The position numbers and the translations under genes are program-made. The notes under the pieces are model-generated. The model was not told where the DNA came from, made no database searches, and saw nothing but the letters and a program-made list of their open reading frames with translations. A DNA stretch of 64,000 nt from Nemertoderma westbladi (lineage: Eukaryota; Animalia; Xenacoelomorpha): assembly GCA_032718475.1 (NCBI GenBank), contig JAUCBJ010000331.1, forward strand, positions 1 to 64,000, given 5' to 3'. This document shows positions 1 to 12,265 of the stretch, one piece after another (positions within the stretch are counted from its first letter, which is position 1; the number at the start of each line of letters is the position of its first letter).

Positions 1-350
1 CAATCGTTATTAGTAACCTTTCTCTCTTACCTTCGGTATATCAAGAATATTGGGTTGCGGGGTGATTTATCGTTATTCCAAATATAATAATTCATCAACC
101 ATATTATGAAGAACTGACAGCAAATAGCAGTATAAAACAACAACTGAACAGTTAGGTACATCGGTACATCAGTACCGGTATATCAGCAGTGAGATATTTA
201 CGGAGTGATATTTATCAGTCATCAGTTAAAGGATATATGCCCTTTATAATTAAACCTACCAGTGTACGACTAAAAAGCAGTACAGCACAAAATATTTCTA
301 AGCCGTTCTTTCTTTGGCTCAAGACTGAATGAAAACACTGCACATAGGCA

Positions 351-521
351 TTGCGTCATTTCTAGGAAATTCTCTGTACAAGGAGCCACAAAAACGCTCT
401 CATTGGCTGACTGAGCTGAGAGACGCCGTAGAACAAAGGAAATCAACACGTATGAATGTCAGCTGTTAACCGTAGTCATAGTAACTACTGTTCAAGAGTA
501 GCTATCACTCCTTTGCGTCAC
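351..521 (+). promoter_or_regulatory. Possible promoter elements upstream of the HMGB gene (reverse CCAAT box, two TTGCGTCA CRE/ATF-like sites)
   Basis: CATTGGCT at about 401 and TTGCGTCA at about 351 and 513. Short motifs only; the TSS is unknown. Confidence 0.2.
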
Positions 522-1264
522 AAATTGCCATAGAATCATAAAATATACCTTTCACAATACACATACGGAGGAAATAAGTCTTAGATCCTCTAAAAACACC
601 AATACAGTAATAATACGGTCTCTTACACTTATTAAATCAACTACAGAGTATTTTAATGTAAAAGATAATAAAAATAACAGGGCAATTCAGCAAAGGCTTT
701 TACAGATGGGCCTACCAGCCTACAGGCCTATGTCTGTATGTAGGTAGGCCTACTACTGTACTAAAGGGGGACATCTATTGGTTATTAATATATAACAGTA
801 TAATGAGGTTATTTCTATTTCCCGACAGACAGAGTGGCTGATTTCTGAGGTAGGCGAATCATTAACTTCATCATCTAAGGGCTAGTAAATAATTTTAGTC
901 GCAGGTAGTGTACATTGCTGCATTGCAGCATTGGGATTCAGTGATTGTACATTTGTACACTTATTTATACAGGATACACCAATTACAAATATACAGATAT
1001 AGTACAGTAGTACTGTAGTAAAGGCTGAAAGGTAAGGAAGGATAGATAATTAAACATAGGGAGGGCTAACTAAACTACCGGTACTAACTGTTAAATATCA
1101 CTGTAAATTCATAAATTTGTAGGCCTAATTAATTAATAAAATATAATAAATTAACTTGTAAATTCAGAAATTGTAGGCCTAGCTAGCGTAGCTGTCGCCT
1201 CACAGTCAGACACTATCTAAAAAGACTGAAGACATTAAAGCCCACCTTTTTCTTCACGTTCACA

Positions 1265-1798
1265 ATGAGTACCAAACAAGCAAAGAAAGCTGCGAAACCT
1301 GGTTCACACATTAAGCGGCCGTTGTCGGCCTATTTCTATTTCTCGAACCAACTGCGTGAGCAATATAAGAAGCAGGGCAAACAACTAGCTGTCACCGAAT
1401 TCGCCAAAGAATCTGGCGAGGAATGGAGGAGTTTGACACAGAATCAGAGGAAACCATTTGAACTCAAAGCTCAAACAGATAAAATGAGATACGAAACAGA
1501 GATGGCCCCATACAGAAAGGAAAAAGAAGATAAAGTTAAACGGCCTCCTTCCGCTTATATACTATTCACATCCGATTTCAGGAAGACACTAACTGTAAAG
1601 GAACGGAGCAAAGTTACCCAGGTGATTCGAGATGCGAGCGTCGCATGGAAGGCATTGGGGGCCACCGAGAAGAAGAAGTATGATACTAAAGCGGCGGAGT
1701 TGAAGGCGGCATGGAAGTCGGCCGGAGATTCTAAGGCTGTTACTAACGACATTAAAGATGAGGATGATGATGAGGATTCTGATGAATCAGACGAATAA
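1265..1798 (+). CDS. HMGB-type high-mobility-group protein: two HMG boxes and an acidic C-terminal tail, single coding exon
   Basis: Box 1: KRPLSAYFYF...EW..L....KPFE.KA..DK.RYE.EM..Y. Box 2: KRPPSAYILF...FR...AWKAL...EKKKY..KA..LK. The protein ends DEDDDEDSDESDE. The 177-aa ORF is intact. Confidence 0.9.
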   Translation: MSTKQAKKAAKPGSHIKRPLSAYFYFSNQLREQYKKQGKQLAVTEFAKESGEEWRSLTQNQRKPFELKAQTDKMRYETEMAPYRKEKEDKVKRPPSAYILFTSDFRKTLTVKERSKVTQVIRDASVAWKALGATEKKKYDTKAAELKAAWKSAGDSKAVTNDIKDEDDDEDSDESDE

Positions 1799-2039
1799 CT
1801 GAACCGAAACTCCGAGGATGTCTGTTATGTTATACTCAGTTTTATTTAGGCATATAGAAGTCCAGAAGTCAAGTGCAATGAAACTCAAGAGTGTTTACGT
1901 TTTGTATTCGGTTTAGAAAAGCTTCCAGCAAAGACACACAGTAAATATTTGCTACAAATATGCTGCTAATTGGATCGATATTAATTTTATTCTAAATAAG
2001 CACCATTTTTTTCAACAAAATGTCTGATAATTTAACTTT

Positions 2040-2840
2040 CAGACTTCCCGATTCTCCATAGTTGTCGCAATTTCGTTTCTCCCAAGTTCAGTATCCCTTT
2101 CAAGTTGATCTATATATGTTATGGCCAGTCGTCCACGACTAAGCTTTCCATGTGTTGGTTGCCAGACAAGTAGATCTTGTATGACCTCGTCTTTACTTCT
2201 CCAGCAGTGCCCACTGAACTGAATCTTAATTTGCGTTCACGGAGGGTGGTTGATACAGGTGGTATAGTACCATAGAGCTCGGCGTTTGTCATGTGTTGTC
2301 TCCAGCTGATGTTTAGGGCTGCCCTTAGTAGTCTTGTGTAGCAACCATCAATTCGTTGTTCAAGTGATTTAGTCAGTGTCCAGGTCTCACCCCCATACAC
2401 TTTCCACTGTGGCTCGAAAGAACTTAGTGTTCAGGTGCCTGGAGAGATCTGATTTCCAGATTAGAGAGCAGGGCGATGTCATCCGCAAAGTCGGTGTCTG
2501 TGACTGTAGTTGCCGGATATCTACTACTTCTGCGTTCTTGAAGTGTGAATCCCAGATCTTCACCCTTTGTGGGGGTCCTCATTGCGTAATCCAGCACAAT
2601 TACAAATAGTAATGGTGCTAATGTGTCACCTTGCAGTACGCCAGCCAGGATTGAGAAAACTCAGTTTCACCATCTGGTGAGAGTACCTGCGCTTCTGTGT
2701 CACAATATAACAATCCAATGCCAGCAACAATTACTTCTGGTATTCCATAAGCTCTTAGGATTTCAAGCATTTTATCTCTATGGATTGAGTCGAATGCCTT
2801 CATGAAGTCCACAAAAATCAAGACAGCGACAGCATTGAAC
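2040..2840 (-). mobile_element. Decayed RTE-clade LINE reverse-transcriptase fragment
   Basis: FVDFMKAFDSIHR...LRAYGIP, then a frameshifted GVLQGDTLAPLLF, then YGGETWTLTK...IDGCYTRLLRAALNISW..HMTNAELY. These are typical RTE RT and post-RT motifs, broken by frameshifts and deletions. Confidence 0.85.
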
Positions 2841-4031
2841 CTAATAATATTAATAGGATAAATTATCCATATAAAATAAACGAAACATAAATTTGTAGAC
2901 TTTTCGAAGGTTTGAATGATTTAGATAGTTTTATCCGGAAAACAGAAGGATCGCGAATAATTCTCTTCGGAAACAAAGATAATTTATCTGGTAAATGTTC
3001 TATATTTCCAATATCAATATCAGATAGATTTTTCATTAAACTATTTTAATATTTAATATATATATATATATATTATATGAACCGCGGTTGATGGCTGAAA
3101 ATATGATAAATTATATAAATAAATCAAATTCAAATTTGTTGACCATCACTCAAAGTTGCCATTGGATACCCTAATATCTGTATGGATTAAATATTTTTAT
3201 AATAATTAAATTAAAAAAAATGTTAAATTTTTTTTTATATTGATTAAATAAATATTTTTTCAGCCGTTTCCTAAACTAAGTTTATTGGATATCGTACTAC
3301 TACTAGGATCGGCATGCTGCATTGCAGCTGCATTTTTAATAATGCTGTGCCGGCTTGTCGACAAAATTGCGCCGCCACAACTCCGTATCACCCATTACAT
3401 TTGCTAGATCATCCGCATCTTCAAGGCCAGTGTCCTTTAAGATGCGTCTCAAGAAAGTCATGGGCTGTCCACTAGGGCGGTGCGTTTTTTACTTTTTTTC
3501 GATTTCATTGTTCTACCGGTGCACAAAAGTTGCCAAATGGTAAAAAAATAAGGAAAAAAAAATTTCTTTAAATTTCGTCTATATCTTCACGGATCCCAAG
3601 AGGGTTGAAATTTTGAGCCATCGCGATGCACCATAATGAAATTTATAGCAATATTACACATTAATGAAAGATCAATGACTCAAGAAATAACTTCCTGCAT
3701 GCATCAAATGTCATCAAATGGGTCCAAACTTAGTTAGATACCAAAGTTTATTTTTTGGATCAAGGGAACTAGTGCCACAGGCACATGGACAGAACCAACC
3801 ATTTGGCGCAAGTGATGATAATTCTCAATTTTCGCGATGGCCAACTTTGAATTCTCCTATTGCATTAATAATATGCTCATTAGAACCGCAATGGCCGATT
3901 TAGTGGGGGTAGACACCTTCGAAACAAACGTAGAGCGAATAGTTCTTGAGATATCGCAGAAAATGTGAAGTCCGGCACAAGTCTACATTACCGCCTTGAC
4001 GTGATATGAACAAATCCCCAAAAAAATTTAT

Positions 4032-4320
4032 TTTGAATTATCTCAAGGAATCAAGAATAGACATATCAGTGCAACAAATTGATTTAGTGTATACAGGCAC
4101 CTTCAAAATTAAAGAGTAGTCATTAATTCACTATAGTTTTTGTACAAAACGTGTGGAATGGGTCAACTCAATACCAAGTATTAATTGGTGGATATAGTCT
4201 TGACATTTTGTAAAATAACTTAAGAACTAATGACTCTACCCTTATTTTGAACGTGTATACACCCACTACATCGATCATTTCTGTGATGTGTATATTCTTG
4301 ATTCCTTGAGATAATTCAAA
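4032..4320. repeat. Imperfect long inverted repeat with ~120-bp arms, MITE/foldback-like
   Basis: TTTGAATTATCTCAAGGAATCAAGAATA at 4032 is the reverse complement of TATTCTTGATTCCTTGAGATAATTCAAA ending at 4320, and similarity continues inward. A related partial copy lies at about 3900-3968. Confidence 0.7.
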
Positions 4321-4719
4321 GTATCATTTTTACTGTAGGATATGGTAGGTACAGCCGTACATAGGGTACAGTAATTGTATAAGTAGTAGACTAACCAACC
4401 CTCCCCTATCCACCAGAGACATGCACAAGGCGAAGGAATGCCCAGTCATTGGACTCGTCTTAGTTCTCCCAAAAATGCTTTGTAAACTTCTAATCGTATG
4501 CCAGTAGTCTTATAAATGACGGATTTTTCTCGGTCAAAAAAGCGGACTTTAATCCGGAGAAGTTATCAGTCTATTAGCCGCCAAAATTCGTAGCAATTTT
4601 TTTGACTAATTCACGCTATGTCTTTGCTGAGCTCTGATAGGCTAAAAACTGTCAAAATACAAAGAGAATCGAGAATGGAACAGTGTTTTAATTTATTATT
4701 TCATGTTCAACATTTATCG

Positions 4720-5036
4720 GTGGTACCTACATTACATATATATGTGGTACCTACATTACATATATATGTGGTACCTACATTACATATATATGTGGTACCT
4801 ACATTACATATATATGTGGTACCTACATTACATATATATGTGGTACCTACATTACATATATATGTGGTACCTACATTACATATATATGTGGTACCTACAT
4901 TACATATATATGTGGTACCTACATTACATATATATGTGGTACCTACATTACATATATATGTGGTACCTACATTACATATATATGTGGTACCTACATTACA
5001 TATATATGTGGTACCTAACCTACATTACATATATAT
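4720..5036. repeat. 24-bp minisatellite (GTGGTACCTACATTACATATATAT), about 13 copies
   Basis: Directly visible near-perfect tandem array. Confidence 0.95.
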
Positions 5037-7649
5037 TGCCATTTTATATTTTAAAACCTAAACATTTTTTTTCATATTCACCGATTTTTTTATGATAAAG
5101 TAGTTAATTGTTTGTTTTCTAAATATAAGATTTAGTTATTTTATATTAAACCTGTAAATATTTATGGTAAATCTTATTCATTAAGTTTGATATTTGGAAT
5201 ATTTATTTACATTTGTTGACATTTTATTGCGAATTTAATTTGTCAGGTTAATTTTTTGTTCTATCTTATGTGTATTTAACGATGGAAGACCTTCCATGAT
5301 TAAACCGTGTCCAGGAATATTTAGCCGTTATTCAGTGACCGCGGAACGTATTGGAACACCAATTTTTTCTACAAATCAGAAACAGAGATAGTTCCACCTC
5401 CAGAATTGTTATTTTCGCTTTCATTCTTTACTAACAAGCGTTTTAAAAGGTTGTGACGGTATTGCTGCTGGCTATGCAAGGATACCAAATATGTAACACA
5501 AACTGAATTTGGTTGGAAAATAGATGAGGTATGGGAATGTTCCAGAATAGGATTTATTTATTAATTAAATATAATATAATAGCCTCGCGCTGATGCAAAA
5601 CCATGCAACTTTCGAACGCCCGCATCTCAGTTATTTTATGACGAAATTCAGATTGTGTTACATATTTGGAATCCTTTCGCGGCCAGCTTTATAACAGTAG
5701 CTACAAATTACTATAAGAATGAATAATAACTGCTGTGTAAAAACGATTGTATCTAAAGAGTGAAAGCGATAATAACAATTCTGGCTAACCCAGTAAGCGG
5801 CCGGGAGGTGAAACTATCTTATGTTTCAAATTTCATTCAATCTCATTTACGATTTGTAGAAAAATTTGGCGGGGAGTCCAGGTACGGTTCCTAAATACAG
5901 TAACGGCACTATATTCCAGAACATGGTGTTTACTTGTGTTTAATGTAAATTCTTCACCTAATGGGTACAGCCGTATGTATGTATGTATAATTTTTGAGGT
6001 AGCTGATAACTCGGATATTTTTACGCAAGTATTTTGTATAGATGTTGTACTACAGGAGAGACCACATGGCATGTTGGATTGCTGGTAACTTTTGCCTCAA
6101 AGAATATCAACCTAGCCACCTTCATTGTCTGTGTCGTTGTGTTTTGTTTTGAGTCTTATTAATTATAATATGTTTATTGAATACATTATTTTAACTTGCG
6201 CCGGGGGGGGGGGGTGGGTATTGATACAAATAATCCCATCTTGGTGGAGTGATTAACTAGTCTCGGCGAATTAACAATGTTAATTATCAATTAATTAAAT
6301 GAACTAACACTAAATTCAACTAGAAAGCCAGCAAGCTGGCTGGAAGGAGCCCGGGGGAAGAATCCTAGCCAAGACTATGACAAATGAACTATGTCAGTCA
6401 GCTGTAGGCCTAGTAAGTAGGCCTAAACTAAACAATTGTCTAAACTGTAAGGCGTGAGGCTAGCTGACTTTGTCGATCGTCCCACATAATAAAAAATTGA
6501 ACTTTGCTACCACTAACAAAAATATAATATGAAGCAAATAATTTCATTATCAAGCACGTTTACATGATTTAAGATTACCGAATATTTATGAAAAAATGCC
6601 CATGATGCACAACCAGGACACCGAGCGAGTGATGACCCTAAACCCACCATAGAACCCCATTTCCATACGAATATTACAACACCGGCTGCTAAGGCAATCA
6701 ACCAATGCTGCATTATAGAACAAAACTAACAATAGAAAGGGGTAGCTATAGTTACTAAAACTAAAACACAAACAAAGCGCAAATATCCTAGCTGTTCCAC
6801 ATTAGTGTCAGTAGCTCTAGTAAGATAATAATAGTGATATCAATTTCATTCAATTTTTTGAATAAATACAAATTATATAATATATTATAGAGCAAATGTA
6901 TAAACAAAAACTCAACTAATATATTATGAAAATTTAAGGTCTAAACAATATGAAACAAAATAATACATTATCAAAGACAAATTAAATTTTAGCATCACAA
7001 CAACTACTGTATATCCAAGAAATTTAACAAAACCGCAAATCAGTCAAAGTGAAAAGGAGGGACAGTTCCCCCCTTCAACCCCCCTTTAAATCAGCACAAA
7101 AGCAAAGTCGCACCCAGACCCAGTCAAGCAGAATAACCTATGGAGATAGATATTATGACAACACACCCGGTTCTTTTAAATTTGTGTGATTTGAGTTTTA
7201 TGTTCGCACCACTATTGAGTTTTATAATATTTGTAAGAAATGTTAAAACTTATCTTATGCCAATGTAGTAATGGTATTCAAATATAATTAAATTAATTTG
7301 CACTATTAATGCTTCAGCTAAAAAATGATGCTAATCCTACAGTATGTAATAAAAAAAATAAGAATATTATTTTTAAGAACTTTCTACATATATCATATAC
7401 AAAATAATCAGCGAATGATTCGTGGAGTAATAATATAATCCTACTGCAGTGGTATAATTTATTTTTTTTATTGACAACTCAACTATTTTCTGTCTATCCC
7501 TGAGAGCTGATAAAGGATGTGTAGACTCAGACAGCAGCCAGCAGCAGGAGGGGTGTAGTCAAGAAATTCTGCCTTGATGGAATTCTATCTCAGGTAGCCC
7601 TGTGCTCAACCATTACTACACAGCTAGCTGCTGCAGCAGCTCAGGGAGG

Positions 7650-7935
7650 AGTTGTTACTTTACCATTGCTTTTAATTTCGCGACAAAATAATTTCAAAAA
7701 AACGAAATATATCGAATACCACACATTGAATTGATCTGATATTTTGTAACGCGATTACGAACCACCAAAGCAATTTACTTGTAAAATTTCAACAAAGTCG
7801 CCAGGCAGGAAGTGCCTGAACCTAGATAATTATCAGTCAGTCAGTCAGTCAGTGTTATATATCCTGAGATTTTTACAGTAAGTATCCCGCAGATTTTTAC
7901 AGTAAGTATCCCGCCTGTCGAGCGGGCTCCTAATA
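7650..7935 (+). mobile_element. Possible non-autonomous Helitron/Helentron-type (DINE/HINE-like) element end
   Basis: (CAGT)n microsatellite at about 7834-7853, a 24-bp tandem duplication at about 7868-7915, and a GC hairpin CCCGC...GCGGG followed by CTAAT. Boundaries are uncertain. Confidence 0.3.
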
Positions 7936-9789
7936 ATAACAACAATTATAATTTTACTTTAATTGCTTGTTTACACTTTACTGTACTAACATTTTCTAAC
8001 ACTGCATGTAAAGTTACAACAAAGCGAATTGTTTTTTTATGTATTTTTTTATTTTTATTTATTGATAATTTCTATGGTATTTACTGCAATGATACTTATT
8101 AGCTTTACGAGCAAAAGTTAAGCCGTACCGGTAGCTTGTGGCATTGACTCTCGTTTATTGTATGTTAGTTTTCGTGCTGTGGTCCTTTTCTGGCCATTTT
8201 CTTGGCATTTCAATTTTTGGTGTTTGAAATTTTATGCTACTTGTATATTTCGTCCCACCATATAAGCACCAAAATGATACAGTAGTTGAGTTATACCTTT
8301 AATGATTTTTAAAGAGTTGTATCGTAATCACCGACCTTGAAAACCAGTATAGCTTTAGAATTACCCTACCAAAGGCCAAATATTAACAGTTTGTAATTTT
8401 TCCTACTTGTACTTTTCGTTCTGGGACACCAGAATGAAACCAAAAATGATGTTTGCATTACCGGAAATATTTTTAACTAGTTTCATCGTGATCAGCGACC
8501 TTGATTACACCTTCAGAATTATCAAAACAAACACAACAGTTTTCAGTTTGAAATTTTTTTACGGTAACTTTTCGTCCAGGGGGACAAGAATAGCTCCAAA
8601 TAGGCCTATGATGGTTACAATGCCATAAAATATTCTGAACAAGTTTTACTGTGATCAGCGACCCCGAAAACCCTTCAGTATTTTTAACTAAAACAATAAA
8701 AGAAAGTAGATTTCGACAGTAAGTGGAAGAAGCCGATTTCACCGTCAGTGTTTCTAACAAAAACCAAACTATATTTCGCAATTAAGGGATTTAACAGGTA
8801 GGAGAAGCACTCTGTAAATTAATTACGACATACAGCCTCAGTACTAAAATATTGTACAATGTGTACGTAACAGTTTAGTAGCGTAAAGTTGTTACTACCC
8901 TACCTACTGTACAGTTGCAGCTGTTATTTCCTGAAGAGTGGGGGGGGGGGGGGGGGGGGGGGGGTGACCGGGTTGAGAAGCGCCATATATTTTGGAGAGA
9001 AGTGACTGGGGAGGGGCGTGCATATAAAAATAGGCCTACTGTACGCATATTTGGCCTACCAATTGGGGTGACGTTTAGCCTGATTTAACATATCAATTTA
9101 ATTTCGCGAATATTTAATTTCGATATTCACCATTTAAGGTAACATTTAAGGTATTTAATGAAAGTGTAGGTCATAATGGCAGGCTATTCTAACCAAAACA
9201 ATAAACTAAATTTAGGAACACAGTTTACAGTAAAATTTTTACTTATACTGTAGCTATAGGCACTAATTGTTTAATATTAATTTAACATTAACTATGTTAA
9301 GGCTGAAATGAAACACCAATTTATTGGCTTTTTGCCTACTGTACTGTATATAAAGGTTAACGGGAAAAATACGCTATATAACTTATAAATAGAAAGTTAA
9401 GAAAATATAATATTTTTATATTATATAAAATTTATACAGTACAACACGACCAATGAAATAGGTGAATGCGAATAAATAAATTAACAAAAGAAAACAACTC
9501 AATCGTACAGTATAGTATGTATTAAGTAGACCTACTCTGATACAAATACACACACATAACGGCTTATCCTACTTGAGATTCCTCTTTGAAAATTTTGAAT
9601 GAATCTGATTGGATGATTATGACTAATTAAATTCCGATAGATGTCATTTTGTTCTGATAGAGCAGAAGTGTGAATAAATTTCTGATCAGAGAGTTTAAAT
9701 AATGTGTTTTGAGCTCAATTTATTTTTCGATACTTCCTTGAATTTATTTCTGCTCAAAGCAAGCAAATAGTCTGTCGAACCAGGAGGCG

Positions 9790-9975
9790 ACCCGAAGGCA
9801 CGACCTTTCGATAACTGCTATAACCGAAGGTATGGCGGTGGGCTACTCCTATAACAAGATTTCTTCCAGTAATTCAACTGATCCTCATTTTCTTGACCCC
9901 AGTGGATGAAAGACTTAGTATACCGGCGGGGCTCGTACTTTCAACCAATAGATTGTAAGCCCCGCGGCGCTCATG
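9790..9975 (-). mobile_element. Degenerate SINE-like element
   Basis: CTCATTTTCTTGACCCCAGTGGATGAAAGACTTAG followed by a reverse B-box-like GGGCTCGTAC resembles the reverse complement of tRNA-head SINEs. The match is degenerate. Confidence 0.35.
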
Positions 9976-10037
9976 GCTCTATCTATATTAAAATGTGTTA
10001 TTAATTTCGCATACTTATGAGAAATAAATTATTTGGG

Positions 10038-10312
10038 CCCATGTGAAGAAAACCAGACTTTCTGCCGTTATATTTCACTTTGCAGTTACCCCCATGTGAA
10101 GAATACCAGGTTTTAACCAAAAACACAGGTTTAGAGAAGGGCTGAATCTAGCCAAAACAATAAACGAATTAGTATATGTACAGGTTATAAGACAGAAATA
10201 AGCGCTATAAAACACTTAATAAAGACAAATAAAAAAAAATAAAAAATCTTTATAGATAAAATTCCAATAAAAGGTTGACCGAAAAGTGAAATCCTGGTAT
10301 TCTTCACATGGG
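10038..10312. repeat. Short inverted-repeat element (MITE-like)
   Basis: CCCATGTGAAGAA(A/T)ACCAG occurs at 10038 and about 10091, and its reverse complement CTGGTATTCTTCACATGGG ends at 10312. Confidence 0.55.
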
Positions 10313-10433
10313 CGATTCTTTGATCACATGAAACAATAAAATCCGAATAGTACTATTAATTATGAGAATGTAATAGCATTGAATAAAAATAACAAATTAC
10401 GTCACAGCAGTGTCTTTTTATCCACTATTTTAA

Positions 10434-10443
10434 TTTTGGCGGG
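10434..10443 (+). promoter_or_regulatory. E2F-like site upstream of the CKS gene
   Basis: TTTTGGCGGG about 740 bp upstream of the CKS ATG, with TTACGTCA nearby. It fits a cell-cycle gene but is only a short motif. Confidence 0.25.
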
Positions 10444-11176
10444 CTAATTAAAAGATCTGCTGATAAGAATCAGCTGTCAGCTGATCTCTCAGACACATGT
10501 CATCCCCATCTCAGTAAATCGGTGCCGTACAGCAGTACAGTGTCATCAGGTCAGACCACAGACAGTAAACAGGTAACAGGGTAAAGCTGTAAAGCTGTGT
10601 AAAGCCTCTCGCTCTCACCTGTCAGCCTGTACGCCAGTACCGGTACTACAGCGCCAGACAGCAGTTCTGGCAGTAGGCTCTGTCACTGTCACACTTTGAC
10701 ACTGCCCGATCCCTACCAGCCTACACCTGTACACCTGTACACTGCACACTCAGACACTGCCGCACTGTCTGACTGTATTGTCCAGTCGCCTTGCAGCCTT
10801 GTAGTACTGTAGTAGTCGTTCTACGTTGCAGGTCTCAGGTCTGCAGGTTGCCCAGTTGCCCTAGCACCTTGCTGCCTTGCTTGAACTATCTGCCTGTCGG
10901 TGTCGGTCTGTGTCAAGCTGTCAAGGTGTACGAAATAACACACAGTTATTTAGTACACCTTGATCTGTGTAGAGAAATTAACATTAAAAATACGAAATAA
11001 GCCAACTGCACTGCAACTGCTGTATCCTACAGTCCTACCCCTCAGTATAATTACCGGTACCAGTAGCGGAGTTCTGATATATCACTGTGTATCAGGAGGC
11101 CCCTGCATGTCAGCGTTCGCTCTGGCACTGGCGTTTCACCAGCATCAGGATATCCCATTGTAAACACAACGAAAAA

Positions 11177-11235
11177 ATGTCGGCAAAAAACATTTACTAT
11201 TCGGATAAATATACGGATGAGGAATATGAATATCG
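11177..11235 (+). CDS. CKS1: Cyclin-dependent kinase regulatory subunit (CKS1/Suc1 family), exon 1
   Basis: Encodes MSAKNIYYSDKYTDEEYEY(R). Ends CG|GTAAGT (phase 2). Confidence 0.95.
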
Positions 11236-11297
11236 GTAAGTTGAATATCGGTAAACTAAAGGCATAAAATTAACCTATTTCCTACTGCTGTACTTGT

Positions 11298-12047
11298 CAG
11301 GGATGTTAAGAGTTCTTTTTTATTCTCTTTTTCTTTATTATTTTAGGCCTATAATAAAAGAAAATTTTTATTTATATGATAATAATTTTAGCGAATTTAT
11401 TTATTGATCATGTTTTTTTATTTATTACTGAATTAGCCTAAACTAATTACTGTCCTAACTGCCTAATGCTTTAAATTGGAGTTTTTAAATTAAAATTAAA
11501 TTAATATTATAAATTTACATTAAAGCTACAGTGCTGCAGTGCTGCAATTGCAACAAATCTATTTCTCGTATTTTACTTCTAAATATATTTAAACTGCGCG
11601 CATTTACAACATCTGGGGGAAAACTATTCCAAATCGGCACTGCACGTTTGGTTCGCAAAACAATACTTGATAATTTGTAGTCTACAATGATTAAAAAATA
11701 ATTTAAGACCTTTGCCAAGGTATTATTACGGGAGGCACTAAAAAATTAATTGTTCGTTTAAAATAGAACTACTATAAAACTCCAAAAGTAGTGCATAATG
11801 AGAAAATGTAAGAGTAAGTGCTACTATTTTATTTCATTGCATGACCAAGGGTTGGAAGGGAGTGAAGGACACATAAACCTCTACAGTATTATTATATGTG
11901 ATGTGACCGCAATAACATAATCAATGATGTTTAGCTAACACACTTGATATTAACATAAATACATAAAAAAAATAATCTTATATGTTCTTTTATGGTCTTT
12001 TATATAAAATGAACAACCATTTAAAAATTATTATTTTAACATCCCTG
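11298..12047. mobile_element. hAT-like MITE in CKS intron 1
   Basis: 12-bp TIRs CAGGGATGTTAA / TTAACATCCCTG. The flanking 8-mers GTACTTGT and CTACTGGC match at 5 of 8 positions, as a decayed TSD would. Confidence 0.6.
11515..11660 (-). mobile_element. CR1/L2-type LINE 3'-end fragment nested in the MITE
   Basis: RAVPIWNSFPPDVVNARSLNIFRSKI matches the CR1-group ORF2 C-terminal pattern R...WN.LP..VV.A.SL..FK..L. Confidence 0.6.
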
Positions 12048-12174
12048 CTACTGGCAGACTAATTAAATTGAGTGGAATTTCTGACATTATCCATCCACAC
12101 TGCAGATAGGTACCGGTACAGAGCTATGGTTTAGGGTTCTGTCTGCTTTTACTAAATAAATTATTTATTTACAG

Positions 12175-12265
12175 CCACGTTATTCTTCCTAAAGATTTAG
12201 CTAAATTGGTTCCAAAATCACATTTAATGACAGAAACGGAATGGCGAAACATCGGTGTGCAACAG
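12175..12265 (+). CDS. CKS1: CKS1/Suc1 family, exon 2
   Basis: TTATTTACAG| acceptor with a TACTAA branch-like site upstream. Encodes (R)[30 protein letters not shown]. Ends CAG|GTGAGT (phase 0). The phases join exons 1 and 3 exactly. Confidence 0.95.

Noticed and set aside
4618-5095. ORFs with VVPTLHIY and WYLHYIYM repeats
   Set aside because: They are products of the 24-bp minisatellite.
8940-8964. Long poly-G runs (also near 36035 and 63945) as functional G-quadruplexes
   Set aside because: They are homopolymers of unreliable length in repeat-derived context, with no further support.
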